From assembly GCA_964019335.1 (NCBI GenBank), contig OZ025665.1, forward strand, positions 124,001 to 188,000: a stretch of DNA of 64,000 nucleotides, in the 5' to 3' direction. This document shows, one piece after another, positions 30,443 to 41,425 of the stretch. The stretch is from Diplonema japonicum. Taxonomy: Eukaryota; Protista; Euglenozoa: Diplonemea. Below the pieces are notes generated by a model. The model had not been told where the DNA came from. It saw nothing but the letters and a program-made list of their open reading frames with translations, and did no database searches. Every line of letters starts with the position of its first letter. The first letter of the stretch is position 1. The position numbers and the translations under genes were made by a program.

Positions 30443-30634
30443 GGGGGTAATTTAACGCGAAACGGCCATAATTTAAATTGGGGCTTTCAGAGTGAAAACA
30501 TGTGTCTTGTCGAAAAAATGTACCCAACCCCTTGAAAAATCTTTTGGGGACAGGGTATTTTGACTAATTTTGGCCATCTGAGGCCATTCCGGCCCTTAAA
30601 AGTGGGAATAAGTGCTTTACTTCCCCTTACCCCG
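30443..30634. mobile_element. Possible decayed TA-flanked MITE
   Basis: TA-GGGGGTAA ... TTACCCCG-TA; only 7 bp of TIR match. Confidence 0.3.
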
Positions 30635-30751
30635 TATTACCTTAGGAAAAGCCCCAAAAAGCTGACCTGCGTGAAAAAAAACAGCAGTGAAAGCAGTGAA
30701 GAGTGAGTGACTCAAATGACGAAAGAAATAAAACGACTTACTTGCTGTCAA

Positions 30752-30849
30752 ATGAGCCATTATTTAACACTCGTTACCGTTTTTTTGCACGAGGGCCCTG
30801 CGGGCCCTCGTGCAAAAAATTCGGGAACTCGGGTTAAATAATGACTCAT
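30752..30849. repeat. 98-bp imperfect palindrome (hairpin element)
   Basis: atgagccattatttaac...ttttttgcacgagggccc-tgc-gggccctcgtgcaaaaaa...gttaaataatgactcat. Confidence 0.9.
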
Positions 30850-31043
30850 AATCTGTTGGCAATAAATAGCTATTTTTTTCTTTTTTAAAATTCTTCTTTC
30901 TGTTCTTTTGCGTGTTTTTTTCTCTTTTTTTGCAATTTCTTTTTTTGGGGGGGGGGTGGGAAACAGAAACTGGAATCGCCAGGATCTACAAGATGGGTTA
31001 ACCCAAAGAGGGGTTGAACTGGGTCCGTGCACCGTCCCTAGAG

Positions 31044-31081
<38 letters not shown>

Positions 31082-31204
31082 AAACGCCAGTAGAAGAAAT
31101 ATTACACGGTACTGGTGTTCTCCTACCTTGCTTAACCTGGGACTAATTTCACTTTCCTTTTTTTTTTTTAATTCTCTTTTTTCTTTTTTTTTTTTCTAAG
31201 GTTA

Positions 31205-31580
31205 CTGTAAATCTCTTAATTCTTCCAGGACATTCTTTTTGCGGGACACCTTCTAAAGAATATTATAAACCCTTAATTTTGTATTTCCCACGATGCGATA
31301 CAAAAAGGCAAAAAGTCATCGAGCCTCCATGATAGGAAACGAAATTTGTTAGCAAAGACAACCACCTCGTCGCGGCCAACGTATCTTGCCGACGTCGATC
31401 GTTGTGCTGACGTTGACCCCCCAACGTCTTAGCTTGATCGCCGACACGGACGTGTCCCTCCTCCAACTCCACCGTCCCTAGAGGGGTAAAAAAAAAAAAA
31501 CGCTGGAAAAATAAGGGACATAATTCTTCAGGGCACTTTTTCTTTTTTTTCCCCCGGACAAAAATGAAGAGATTTACACG
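31205..31580. mobile_element. Tc1/mariner-type MITE, about 376 bp
   Basis: TA-CTGTAAATCTCTTAATT ... AATGAAGAGATTTACACG-TA: near-perfect TIR with TA flanks. Confidence 0.7.
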
Positions 31581-31819
31581 TACTTTATATCACGAACAGT
31601 CTGTAGGAAGTCTCTTATTCCCGTATAAAAAAAAGGGTGGAAGGAAGGGGGGGGGGGGGGGAGTTGAATATAACATAGAGAAATAAAATACTAGCTATGG
31701 AAAAAAAATAAATAAATAAAAATAGAGCCTACTTCTTTTTCTTCCTTCTTTTTTTTTTTTTTTTTTTTGTTCATTTCTTTTTGAAGGCGGTATCTTCTTT
31801 TTTCCTTCTTATTTCTTTG

Positions 31820-34800
31820 TCATCCTATGGGTACCTTATAAGCCCCTTGTAAGTGCTCAGACACCCCTGCATTGGTATACTGCATGTGAGCTTGTGTGAA
31901 TATTGCAGGGCGCGCTTCTGGAGAAGACAACTGTGTAGCAGTGAAGGAAAGCGCATGCCCACTGACAAGGAACATGGAGTAAATCTGAGACTCGGTGTAA
32001 CATTTATGAAGAATGGTAAGGGCTGATGACTTCTTGCCCCTGAAGGCCTCGTGCTGCCCTAGGTACAAAGAATACAACGGCCGAGCCCAGACCAAATGGT
32101 TGCTGTAGGCACGTAGAAGAGACAGCAGAAACGAAACCTGTTTTTGATGCTCTTCTTCCGACTGTTCCAGCTTGACCAGCTCCACCACTGGAACTGCCAG
32201 CAAGACCTCCAATGTGCTCATCAGCGATATCACAGTGATTACAGACGGGACCGTTTTCCGAATCTCGGCGTGGCGCAGGCTGCTCTCAAACCCTAGCCGG
32301 CACGCGTTCTGCACGTCCTCTTCACGCAAGCACGCCAGAGCCTTCACGGCCACCCGCAGAGCAGCAAGTTTCTTATCCGACCATATGGTCCCTCCGTTGG
32401 ACAGTGCTAGGGTGCTCGTCTTGTTGATCTTGTCACTCCCGGTCTGTGCCTTCCCTGTGTCGCCTATAAGGGTGCACTCGATGAATACAGATAGCAGCAC
32501 AGAGTAGGCTTCCATGCGTTTGTCTTGCACGGAGTGTGCTGTCTTTGAGCAACTCAGCAGCCTCCTGTTGGCCTCAGACGGCTTCCCTGTCAGTGCCTTC
32601 AGAACAGCAACAGAAACGTGCATCGCCTGTAGTATCGGAAGGTCCACGTCCCCCTTGAATCTGTGTCGCAGGTTCTGTTCCGCCTGCTTCACAGCGCCGA
32701 TGCCCATCAGCATAAGGGCGGACATGCGGTTAATGCTCACCTTGTCGGACGGGAACTTTGCCTTAGCCGCCTTTGCCGTGCTGACGATGGTGCTCGAGGC
32801 GGTTTTGACAGCAAGCGCGGGCAGCTTCTGCAGCATGTACAACATCCCGCGTTTGCCGCGAAGGTGTGGCAGGTTCTCGTCGACACCGTGACTCACCTCG
32901 AGGCCCTTCAAGCTGTAGTAGACGGCCAGCAAAGCATCGTCGTTGTGGTACGACACAATGGCCAAGGTGTAGTAGGCCTGCAGGAGCTCCACGGCGTGGG
33001 GATGCGGTGCGCCTTCGAACGAAGATCCCATCCAGAGTTTGCACCTCTGGTACCCGATGAACATCGGGAGGCCGCACCCCACAGGGGGCTGCTCCCTGCA
33101 GGCATGCAAAACATCCAGTGCATTGACGCAGGCACCTTCGAAGTCGCCCGCTTGGTACATCGATTGGCACAACCCCGCCAGCCACCGTAGCCGTGTCGAT
33201 GTCTGGTCGGTCTCATCGTGGATGGTGAGGGCGAGGAGGGCAAAGCGCGTCGCGTCCATAGCCTTCCCTTTTGAGAGGGACTCGTCGACGGCCTTGGAGA
33301 GGTAGTGCAAAGCCCTGTTGTGTGCACCAGCCGATGTGTAGTGGTGGATCAACGTCGGGAGGTCGAAGTTGTTCGTTTGGCTCGACTCAGCCTCGATCTC
33401 CGCTGCCACCAGTGTGTGGAACAACCGCCGCTCCTTCTTCAGCAGCATGCCGTACAGCACGTCCACGATCAGGTGCAGCTTGAAGGTGTACACCATCCCC
33501 AGCGGTGTCGTCCCCGCGGCCGATGTTGGCTTTGACACCCTTGACCCCATCGAGATCACAGATGACCTGCCCTGCCGTGTCCGCCGCGATGGCTGTGTTG
33601 TTGCGGTCTTTCCTTTGGTTTCGTACTCAGACTTCAGCATCGTGACGAACCCCGTATCTTCCAGTAGCGAAAAGACTTCCCGCAGCGCGGGCACACTAGC
33701 TTCTTTCAGTATCTTGCTTAGCAGCTCCAAACTGAAAGTAGGGCCTATCACGCTTGCAACCTTTAAGTAGTGCTGGTGCTGCGGCGGTAGCCTGTCGACC
33801 CTTCCTGTGATGACGCCCTCGATCCCATCAGGGAGTGTGATCTTCGTAGTGTCGACACCGGGAGCGAACCTCGCCCTGTCGGCGATAACGATGGGGGAGT
33901 TCTCTTGGTCGACCAACGCGACGAGGATTTGCTCGGCGAAGCCCGGGTTGCCACCTGACTTTGCGTGCACGATGTTGACAATGAGTTCGTCAACAGGGCA
34001 GCCGAGGACCTTTCTGAAGAGGGAAGCAGTGGCAGACTTGTCCAAGGGACATAAAACCACCTCCATAACGGGGCCGTCTTTGAAGAAAGCGTTACTGCCG
34101 CCCCAGTCTTCAAGATCTCGTGACTTTGACATGCTCTTGGGTGCAGGGCGAATGACCCCCTGCCCCATGGGCACTGAATCTTCAGATCGCTGTGTCACAA
34201 TAACGCCCACATTTTCCAACGTCCGCAAGATGTGTGTCACCACCGATAGCGTCTCAGGATCGGCCCAGTGAGCGTCGTCGATGCAGATCAGCACTGCTCC
34301 GTCGTACGCCCTCTTGATGAGCCCTGTCGCGATGTCCTGCAGTGCGTCTGCGCGTTCGGAGTCTGTCAGTGCCGCACTCTCTTCTGTCTCCATCAGGCTC
34401 AGGTTCGGGACGATCGTGTTCAACAAGGGTCGGAGCCCAGGATCCGTCGCATCGATATCGACGCAGAACCAAGCCAAAGGCCTCCGTGCCAACCCTGACA
34501 GCAGCACCTGCAGACAGCTGTACGGCACATCCTTATCCAACTGCAACCCCTGCGAGCATATCACAGTCACGCCTCGGTGTGAAGCATCTTCTGATATCTT
34601 CCGCAGCATGACTGACTTCCCCATCGCAGCATCGCCGTAGATAGACACAGCACGATGCGAGGGGTGCGTCGCGCTGGGAGTGGTCATTCCCATCACACCC
34701 GCACCCTTAATGCCCCACACTGAATCGAGAACAGCTCTGAGTTGCAAGTCCCGACCGAATATTTGTTCTGCTTGCCGTTGGTCAGTACTTCCTGATAGCG

Positions 34801-36544
34801 ACTCGTATTCGTCGAATTCCAACTCGTCCATCGACACCTCGTGGCGTCGTTTCCCGCGTTTGCCGTTCCTCTGCCCAATGCTGCTGTTTGAGGAGTTGCC
34901 TGTATCGGTGCGTGACGGTGAAGGGAACATTGGAGGTCTGCGCTGCTTGCTTATCCGGTTGTTGCCATCGACGACCTCCCACACCTTAGATCCTGCTAGC
35001 TTCCCTTTCAGTGCGACCTCTGCACCACCTTCAAATCGAAACATCGACGCGCACAACTGCTGTGTCACGTCGTCCGTGAAAATTGTGCACACAGGCCCAT
35101 CACAGAAGGTGCGTTTAGAGACCTCCGTAGACGCATGCTGCATGACTCTGGCTGCTAGGTTGATCCCATCACCTAACACTGTGTATTCCCGTCGGCTTGA
35201 GGAGCCGCAGTATCCGCAATAGGCCTTGGACCTGCTGATCCCAAACGCCAGCGAACAAACTGACTCAAACTTACAGAATATCGACCAGGAAAACGCCAGC
35301 GCCCTGATCGCGTCGTCTTCGTGAGCATGGCCTGGGAGGCCGAAGACGCACAGCAGCACTACGCCCTTGTCGTCATAGAGGACCTTGTTCAAGACACCGT
35401 CACGTGTGGCAAGCTCAACCTGGATCGCTGTCAGGGAGGTCTGTACAACGCTAGCTAAGTCCTTCTCAGGGTCGCCTAGGATGCGGATGAAGATGGTCGA
35501 GACTGTCCGCAGCTCGCCGGGACGTCCCCATGTGTTCACAACGGTGTCGCAGAGGAATTTGTAGATGCGCTGCTTCAAGACGCTTTCCTCTGCGGGGTCT
35601 GTTGGGATAAGGGCTTCCATGGTTTCCTTGTTCTGGATGCTGCGAGGCAGCACAGGGTTGATGACAGACACCAGACGGTGGACTTTGAAAGGCTGCCCAG
35701 GGACAGAAACGGTCACAACGCTCTTCTCACCCAAGATCTCTTTAGCAGTGTTAGACAGCACGATCTCGTCCATCTTGGCAATGTCCGCGATGACCACCGC
35801 CTGCCGGATGCCCTCGCCGGCTGTCATGTACTTCCATGAGTCGTGCACACCGCCGACAATGGCGAACTCGACGTCGCCGACGCCCAAGGCGATGTGGACA
35901 CCAAGGCGGATGGCAGGATCTCTTGGGGAGAATTGGATGGTCTGCGATGCTGTTTCGATGACAAGGCGGCTGGCGCACGACGCTGCAAGGGACGCCACGC
36001 TGTGCAGGTCGGCGTCGTCCTCGGCCTTCCATGTTGCAAGGATCGCGTCACCGGAGAACTGCATCACATCCCCACCGAACTCAGCGATGATGTCCAGTAG
36101 TAGAACGAAAAAGTTGTTCAAATGATCGGCGATGCTGTTTGAGCCGTCGACAGACCGCCGGAGCTCCTCAGTGATACGCGTGAAGCCGCATACATCAATG
36201 AAGAGGGCCGCTGCCTTGAAATCGATTTGCTTGAAGGCGATAGCAGTCTTCTCAGTAAGCTGGCTGAGTAACAACCGAGGTACGTATCCTGCCAGGCCTG
36301 CTACATCGATGCCCTTCAGCATCTTCTCCCTTGCCGACGCAATCGCCGCCTCCTGTGCGCTCCCGTTTGAACCCGATGAGCCATTACTCCGTACGTTGTC
36401 TCTCGCCGACAGCAGTGCCCCCGTCGGGCTCGACATGAAGCCAAGTGACGTCAGTGAGTCACTGCTAGTCAGCCCCCATGATTTCTGCCCTGATCCCGAC
36501 TCGCTGAAGCCCTCACGTGCTCGTGGAGGGACATTGTCAGGCAT
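31820..36544 (-). CDS. Soluble adenylyl cyclase (ADCY10/sAC-like): two class III cyclase domains + STAND P-loop + TPR-like region, 1574 aa
   Basis: C1: FIDVCGFT, FSGDA. C2: NKVLYDDKG, EYTVLGDGINLAARVM. Walker A GDAAMGKS, Walker B ICIDDAHWAD, SGGNPGF. Start placed at ATG 36544 (MPDNV) after a U-rich tract and AG; the upstream 200 codons of the track ORF belong to the next gene and spacer. Confidence 0.9.
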   Translation of the reverse strand: MPDNVPPRAREGFSESGSGQKSWGLTSSDSLTSLGFMSSPTGALLSARDNVRSNGSSGSNGSAQEAAIASAREKMLKGIDVAGLAGYVPRLLLSQLTEKTAIAFKQIDFKAAALFIDVCGFTRITEELRRSVDGSNSIADHLNNFFVLLLDIIAEFGGDVMQFSGDAILATWKAEDDADLHSVASLAASCASRLVIETASQTIQFSPRDPAIRLGVHIALGVGDVEFAIVGGVHDSWKYMTAGEGIRQAVVIADIAKMDEIVLSNTAKEILGEKSVVTVSVPGQPFKVHRLVSVINPVLPRSIQNKETMEALIPTDPAEESVLKQRIYKFLCDTVVNTWGRPGELRTVSTIFIRILGDPEKDLASVVQTSLTAIQVELATRDGVLNKVLYDDKGVVLLCVFGLPGHAHEDDAIRALAFSWSIFCKFESVCSLAFGISRSKAYCGYCGSSSRREYTVLGDGINLAARVMQHASTEVSKRTFCDGPVCTIFTDDVTQQLCASMFRFEGGAEVALKGKLAGSKVWEVVDGNNRISKQRRPPMFPSPSRTDTGNSSNSSIGQRNGKRGKRRHEVSMDELEFDEYESLSGSTDQRQAEQIFGRDLQLRAVLDSVWGIKGAGVMGMTTPSATHPSHRAVSIYGDAAMGKSVMLRKISEDASHRGVTVICSQGLQLDKDVPYSCLQVLLSGLARRPLAWFCVDIDATDPGLRPLLNTIVPNLSLMETEESAALTDSERADALQDIATGLIKRAYDGAVLICIDDAHWADPETLSVVTHILRTLENVGVIVTQRSEDSVPMGQGVIRPAPKSMSKSRDLEDWGGSNAFFKDGPVMEVVLCPLDKSATASLFRKVLGCPVDELIVNIVHAKSGGNPGFAEQILVALVDQENSPIVIADRARFAPGVDTTKITLPDGIEGVITGRVDRLPPQHQHYLKVASVIGPTFSLELLSKILKEASVPALREVFSLLEDTGFVTMLKSEYETKGKTATTQPSRRTRQGRSSVISMGSRVSKPTSAAGTTPLGMVYTFKLHLIVDVLYGMLLKKERRLFHTLVAAEIEAESSQTNNFDLPTLIHHYTSAGAHNRALHYLSKAVDESLSKGKAMDATRFALLALTIHDETDQTSTRLRWLAGLCQSMYQAGDFEGACVNALDVLHACREQPPVGCGLPMFIGYQRCKLWMGSSFEGAPHPHAVELLQAYYTLAIVSYHNDDALLAVYYSLKGLEVSHGVDENLPHLRGKRGMLYMLQKLPALAVKTASSTIVSTAKAAKAKFPSDKVSINRMSALMLMGIGAVKQAEQNLRHRFKGDVDLPILQAMHVSVAVLKALTGKPSEANRRLLSCSKTAHSVQDKRMEAYSVLLSVFIECTLIGDTGKAQTGSDKINKTSTLALSNGGTIWSDKKLAALRVAVKALACLREEDVQNACRLGFESSLRHAEIRKTVPSVITVISLMSTLEVLLAVPVVELVKLEQSEEEHQKQVSFLLSLLRAYSNHLVWARPLYSLYLGQHEAFRGKKSSALTILHKCYTESQIYSMFLVSGHALSFTATQLSSPEARPAIFTQAHMQYTNAGVSEHLQGAYKVPIG

Positions 36545-36657
36545 CCCTTTCCTGTAGAATTGCGGTTTAGCCTCATGCAACGAACGAAGATAAAATAATA
36601 AAGAAACACTTCTTAGAAATAGACACACTTCCGTCTTGATCGCTTGTTCGATTCTCC

Positions 36658-38607
36658 TTAGTGTCCGAATGGAGCCGGAGATGCGGCCGGTGAGAACACA
36701 CTCTTCCTTGCATATTTCCCCATGATTTTCGGCTGTGTGTATATGTGTGTTTGTTTTAATTAATTTGGCACATACAGCACGGGCGAACTGCTCAAGGCCT
36801 TGTTCGTTGACCATGTTGAAGGGTTGATGCCAGCTGTTTGTCTTGTACTCTTGCATGCCTGTTTTTTTTTTTCTTTTTCCTTTTCCTTTTTCTTCCCAAT
36901 TCACACCTTCTGCCTCGAACATGGTAGGGGGGTCCTCCACGTCCGCGTACAACTCCTTCGCACACGCTTTGTCTAAGTAGTTGTATTGGCCATCGAGGAT
37001 AAATACATCTGTGTTGTTTCTTTCTTTCATGTCCCCTCCAGCCATACCAGCATTGGGCAATTGAGGTTCTAAGTGGCTGCCTCGGTAAAGTGCGAGTTGC
37101 TGTATTATAAATTCGGGAGAGGTAAAAAAAAAACTTTTTTTTCGCATACATGAAGAACCGCCTTTGCAGGTGCCCGGTGTTGCTCGATGATGGCAGGGTT
37201 CAATGAGCCGCTGAAGGTGTCGGACTTTGTGAGGGTCCCTGTCTTGCCGTAGAAAGTCGGAGTGGAGGTGTGGCGGCTGTCATCTTCCTTGAGAGACTCC
37301 AGCTCTTTCTGCTTAAGGGCGTTGAGGGACCTGTGGGTGTCGATGATGGAACGGCACCACGGTGCATCGATAATCTGCACCTCTGATGAGGTGGACGTCG
37401 CGATGCACGCAGGGATCCTTGCTGTTTCCCCCGTGGCGGTTTTTACTTCTATCATGCTTTCGAAGTTCTTTCGTGTTTTCTCCAATTCATCCGAAAGAGC
37501 CTCATGGGCCCTCCCTGGCGTGTTCCTCAAGTACTCTCGCACCTTCTTCACAGTGTCCAATTCAGTGCTCTTAAGAATCGCCTCAAACCACTGCTGACCT
37601 TCTTCTGTCGCATTCTGCCCCAGCACGTCAGTGGTGACCTTTTCCTCGTCATTTGCCGTTTCAACCACTTCCATCATCCTCACTGCCGCCACCCGGAGGG
37701 TTAGCGTTGGGCCAAAGGTGATCGGATTCCGGCCTTTCCACTCCAAGATGGTGAACGGGGATGTTGGTGCGTGGGGTACAGATGCCGCCCAAGGTTCGGA
37801 GATAACGGTCGACGTGGCCTCCGCCCTTCGCAGCACGGCGTTGGGCAGCTTGAACTCCTGCGTCAAGACCCTGACCGTGGATAAGGATTGGAACAGAACC
37901 CACCGCTTTGCCAGGATTCGGGCGAATATTTCCGCGTCATCCATGCCCCCGTACTCCAGGCTGTTCCTCGTCTCGGTGATTTCCTTTTCGATGGCGTCCT
38001 TCGACGTGAGGCCCGATTCTGTTGCTGTCTCCAAGGTCATGTTTCTGATGAGCTTTTCTGTGAAGTCGTGTTGCAGGCCTACCTCCTCGACGCAGTCTCG
38101 GAGGAACTTCAGGTTTTGCCTTTCAAGGCAGCGCTGGCACGGTCGGTGAACAGCCTCTTCGTTGATGAGGTGCTGCACGGAGGCGTCGTCGAGCAGCTTG
38201 GTAGATCTCGCGTTTTCCAACACAGAGGCGGAGGTGAAAGTAGGGTCGATGAAAAGGTCGCCCTCTTCGTATTCCTTTGGGTCAAGACCCTGCAGCTCTA
38301 CGGAGTCTAGGACACGGAGGTCCATGCGAGGGACGGCAGGCAGGGCGTACGCCTCCAGGGTGTGTTCCTGCCCCCACTTCATCCATATCGCATTGTTCCG
38401 CATCCCCATCACTACCCCAACCTGCCCGATTCTTGCCCCCGCATACGCCCTTACCCTGAACCCAGATTCCAGCCCTGTCATCCGCCGCAAGTTCCCATCC
38501 CTCTCTGTTTCCACTTGCAGCACCTTGCTGTTGTGCACCAACAGAAGCGGCCGTGCCATCAACACAGACGCCGCGCTGCACAGCCTCGACCGGGTCAGGG
38601 ACAACAT
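36658..38607 (-). CDS. Hypothetical, probably mitochondrial protein, 602 aa; exons 38607-37150, 37099-36907, 36858-36776, 36732-36658
   Basis: Presequence-like MLSLTRSRLCSAAS. Three GT-AG introns (37100-37149, 36859-36906, 36733-36775) give a 1809-nt in-frame CDS ending SPAPFGH-stop. Confidence 0.7.
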
Positions 38608-38719
38608 CCTCCTTCGGCACCCCCCGCCTCTGTGATAAGGTTAAAAGGATAACAAGGAAAAGAAGAAGAATAGATGGGGTCTTTTGGTATCGTTCCCCCT
38701 TTTTTTCTCTTTTGATAGG

Positions 38720-40599
38720 TTACAGTCCTAGGAAGGGTGACCCGTTCGTGTCTGAATCGTCAAGAGTTTCTTCCGCTCGTCGGAACTCCTCCACAAGCGC
38801 TTTGTTCCCTATCTTCCCGATGTACTTCTTGAGAACAAGGTCGACGAGCGGCTTGGCCAACGTCTCAATGACAGCCTGGATGAAGGAGAGCACCGACGCG
38901 GAGGCGAGGCCCTCCCTGCGGAGGTACGGAAGGAGTGAAGGGAAGGGGTCTAGGCTCGCCAGAGTGTCGGGTGCCGTGGGGTACGTGAGACTGCCTTTTA
39001 ATATTCTAAGACATGGGAAGAGACGGGTGGAAACGCTGGTAGTGGGGTGGCTAAGAAGGGTATGCGTGAGCTGAAGGACGCGGTGCTTCTCCGACCAGTT
39101 TGCACCCTCCTCACACTCGCCAATAAAATAAGCTATGATCGGAGCAGCTGTGGTAAGCGCAGAATCTGCGGATGGAACGTCGCAAGGAGACCACAACCTT
39201 GCGTCGTCTGCCTTCATAACATTCGTTTCTGGATGGACCAACGGGTGGCAGGACAGCACACGCGACAGGCAGTCAAACTCGGCGCATACTACAGAAAAGA
39301 ACTCTTCCGTCAAGCCTTGCACCACACCGATATCACCGCGCACCTTGCCAAGACCCTTCATGATGGATGCGTCGATGAGAACTAGCGACGTGTCTTGCCA
39401 TTGCGAGCGGAAGCCTTCCTCCGGCTCACGCAGCATCTGCGTGAAGATGGACGTCAGGATAGACGGCGTGGAGAGGATCTCGGATCGAAGTAAATTCGCG
39501 TTGAAATTCGATATTGTGAAGAATATCGTCGAGACCTCTTGAAGCGTGGTGGGGGCCGTGCGTTCGGAATCGATCAGAACGGACAGGGAACCGATCAACC
39601 CGAAGTGGCAGAACTTAGTAAGAAGACTGTCCCGGAACTCCATCGGGAGCGTTTTCGATTCGATGAACATCTCGCTCACAAAGCGCACCACGTCTTCATG
39701 CGCTGGGTTGTCGGGGTGGATAGAGGCAACAATGCTGCTGACACGGTCATCCTCACGCACTATCCATTGGATTGCGTTGTTCTTGGTGAGCTCAACTTGT
39801 TTGGAAACGATCTCCGAGCTCACATCGTCGAGGTCTACCGGAAGACACACGTCACGGAAGTACGCCATCGTGTTAATGTGCTTTAAAAGATTTGCAAGCT
39901 CGTCAGGCAATCCCAACGGATTCCTGAAGACAATCGAATGGAGCATTGCACGATGCGGGGCTCGTGGACGTCTCGGGTGGTGCTCCAACATCGCGATGAC
40001 CTTAGGGAGAAACCTTTCTGACAGCAGCATGAATACTAGCTCCGGTGAGACCAAGCAAAACATCAGCGCGACGATTTTCGATATCACCACAAGGCCCTCC
40101 GTGTCGCCTGTGTCCTCTAAGGCGTCTCGGATCTCTGCCAGTTTTTGAACCTCTGCTTGTTTAATCCGTTTTGCTATTGCTTCCCTTAGTTTAAGACACC
40201 CGACACATTCTTCCATGTATTCCGCGATGCTTCCTAAACAGGCGTAACCTACTGTAAACCTCGCAGCCAGCTCGACCTGAGCCCTGTTCGCCACATTCTC
40301 TGCCGATATTTCGTCCTTGAAAGCGAGGACCATCGCCACGTTGTTCTCAACTATTTGCAGCGTTCCTTCTTCCTCTATCCGGTAAAAATTCTTTGGGTCC
40401 TGGGGGAGGGGAGGCATTTGGTTTGTTTTGAAATTCCCAGCCTTCATACCAAGGTGTGTTCCACCACCATCTTCCCTGTTTGAGAATCTGCCGCCACCAA
40501 CAAGCCTGCACCGACAGACACCTTAAACACCCCGCTCTGTTGGACCCATTTGTCTCCTTGCTGAACATACAGCTTTGCGCTTATTGGTTTGGCTACCAT
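38720..40599 (-). CDS. PPP4R3: PP4 regulatory subunit 3 (SMEK/Psy2)-like, 609 aa; exons 40599-40450, 40399-38720
   Basis: EVH1-like start AKLYVQQGDKW and AMVLAFKD; SMK-1-like IAMLEH..HRAML..FRNPL and YFRDVCLP..LDD. Intron 40400-40449 (GTATGA..CAG). Confidence 0.8.
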
Positions 40600-40799
40600 T
40601 TCCCTTTTTCCTCCCTTTTTTCTTTTTTCGGTGACGAAAAAAAAAAGCGACAAAAAAAATAATAAAAGAGGAGAGGGGAGGGGGTGCAGTGGATGGAAGA
40701 AAAAAAAATGGGAAAGGGTGTACACTAAATTTCTTATGTGTAAAAGACTCACACTTAATTCCTTTTTTTTTTTTTTTTTGTTAGGAAGAAAAAAAAAAT

Positions 40800-41303
40800 C
40801 TATTCTTGAGCCTCGATTGCAGAGAGTCGTTGGAGGACCACGGGTTTTGAGGTCTCCTGAACTTCGCCTGCAAGGAAGAGCTCATCGATCGCCATGTACA
40901 CCTGTGTGTTGCTCTAGTGTGTGTTCCCCTCTTACAAACCTTGTGGAAGTTGAAAACCAGATCCAGCTCACACACGTTGCCAAAATAGTGGTCGAGCACC
41001 TCAACAAGAAGATGGATGTTTTCCAAGTATGCCAGATCATTGTCGTTGAGGTCAATGCAAAAGCTGAAGTACAACCCCGCATAGCGTCTGTACACAATCT
41101 TGTATTTCCTCCACCTGAATAATATTTTTATCCCCCCTCGCTTTTGCATACTCGATGAAATTGGTGTATTTTGATTCCCTCGTTGTTATCATTCTGTGCA
41201 CCTCCTGCTTAATCTTCTCCCTCTCATCCTCCTCATACGCTGTGTACCATTTGCTCAGCCTCGTCTTCCCAGATCGATTTTGCAGTAATATAAATCTAAT
41301 CAT
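40800..41303 (-). CDS. AP2S1: AP-2 complex sigma subunit, 142 aa; exons 41303-41152, 41114-40940, 40901-40800
   Basis: [58 protein letters not shown]. Introns 41115-41151 (37 nt) and 40902-40939 (38 nt) restore the canonical 142-aa length. Confidence 0.96.
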
Positions 41304-41425
41304 TTTCTGTTTTCTTTTATATTGTTCACCCCACCCACTCCCAGCGCTTTTTTTGAATTTTGAGAGGGGGGGGGGGGGGGTATTTGAGAGAAAAAAAAAA
41401 GAAGGAAAAGAAGAGCATCCCGTCT

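Noticed and set aside
31820-37147. 1775-aa ORF taken as a single adenylyl cyclase
   Set aside because: Its first 200 codons overlap introns and 3' exons of the upstream gene plus a spacer; the cyclase is better started at 36544.
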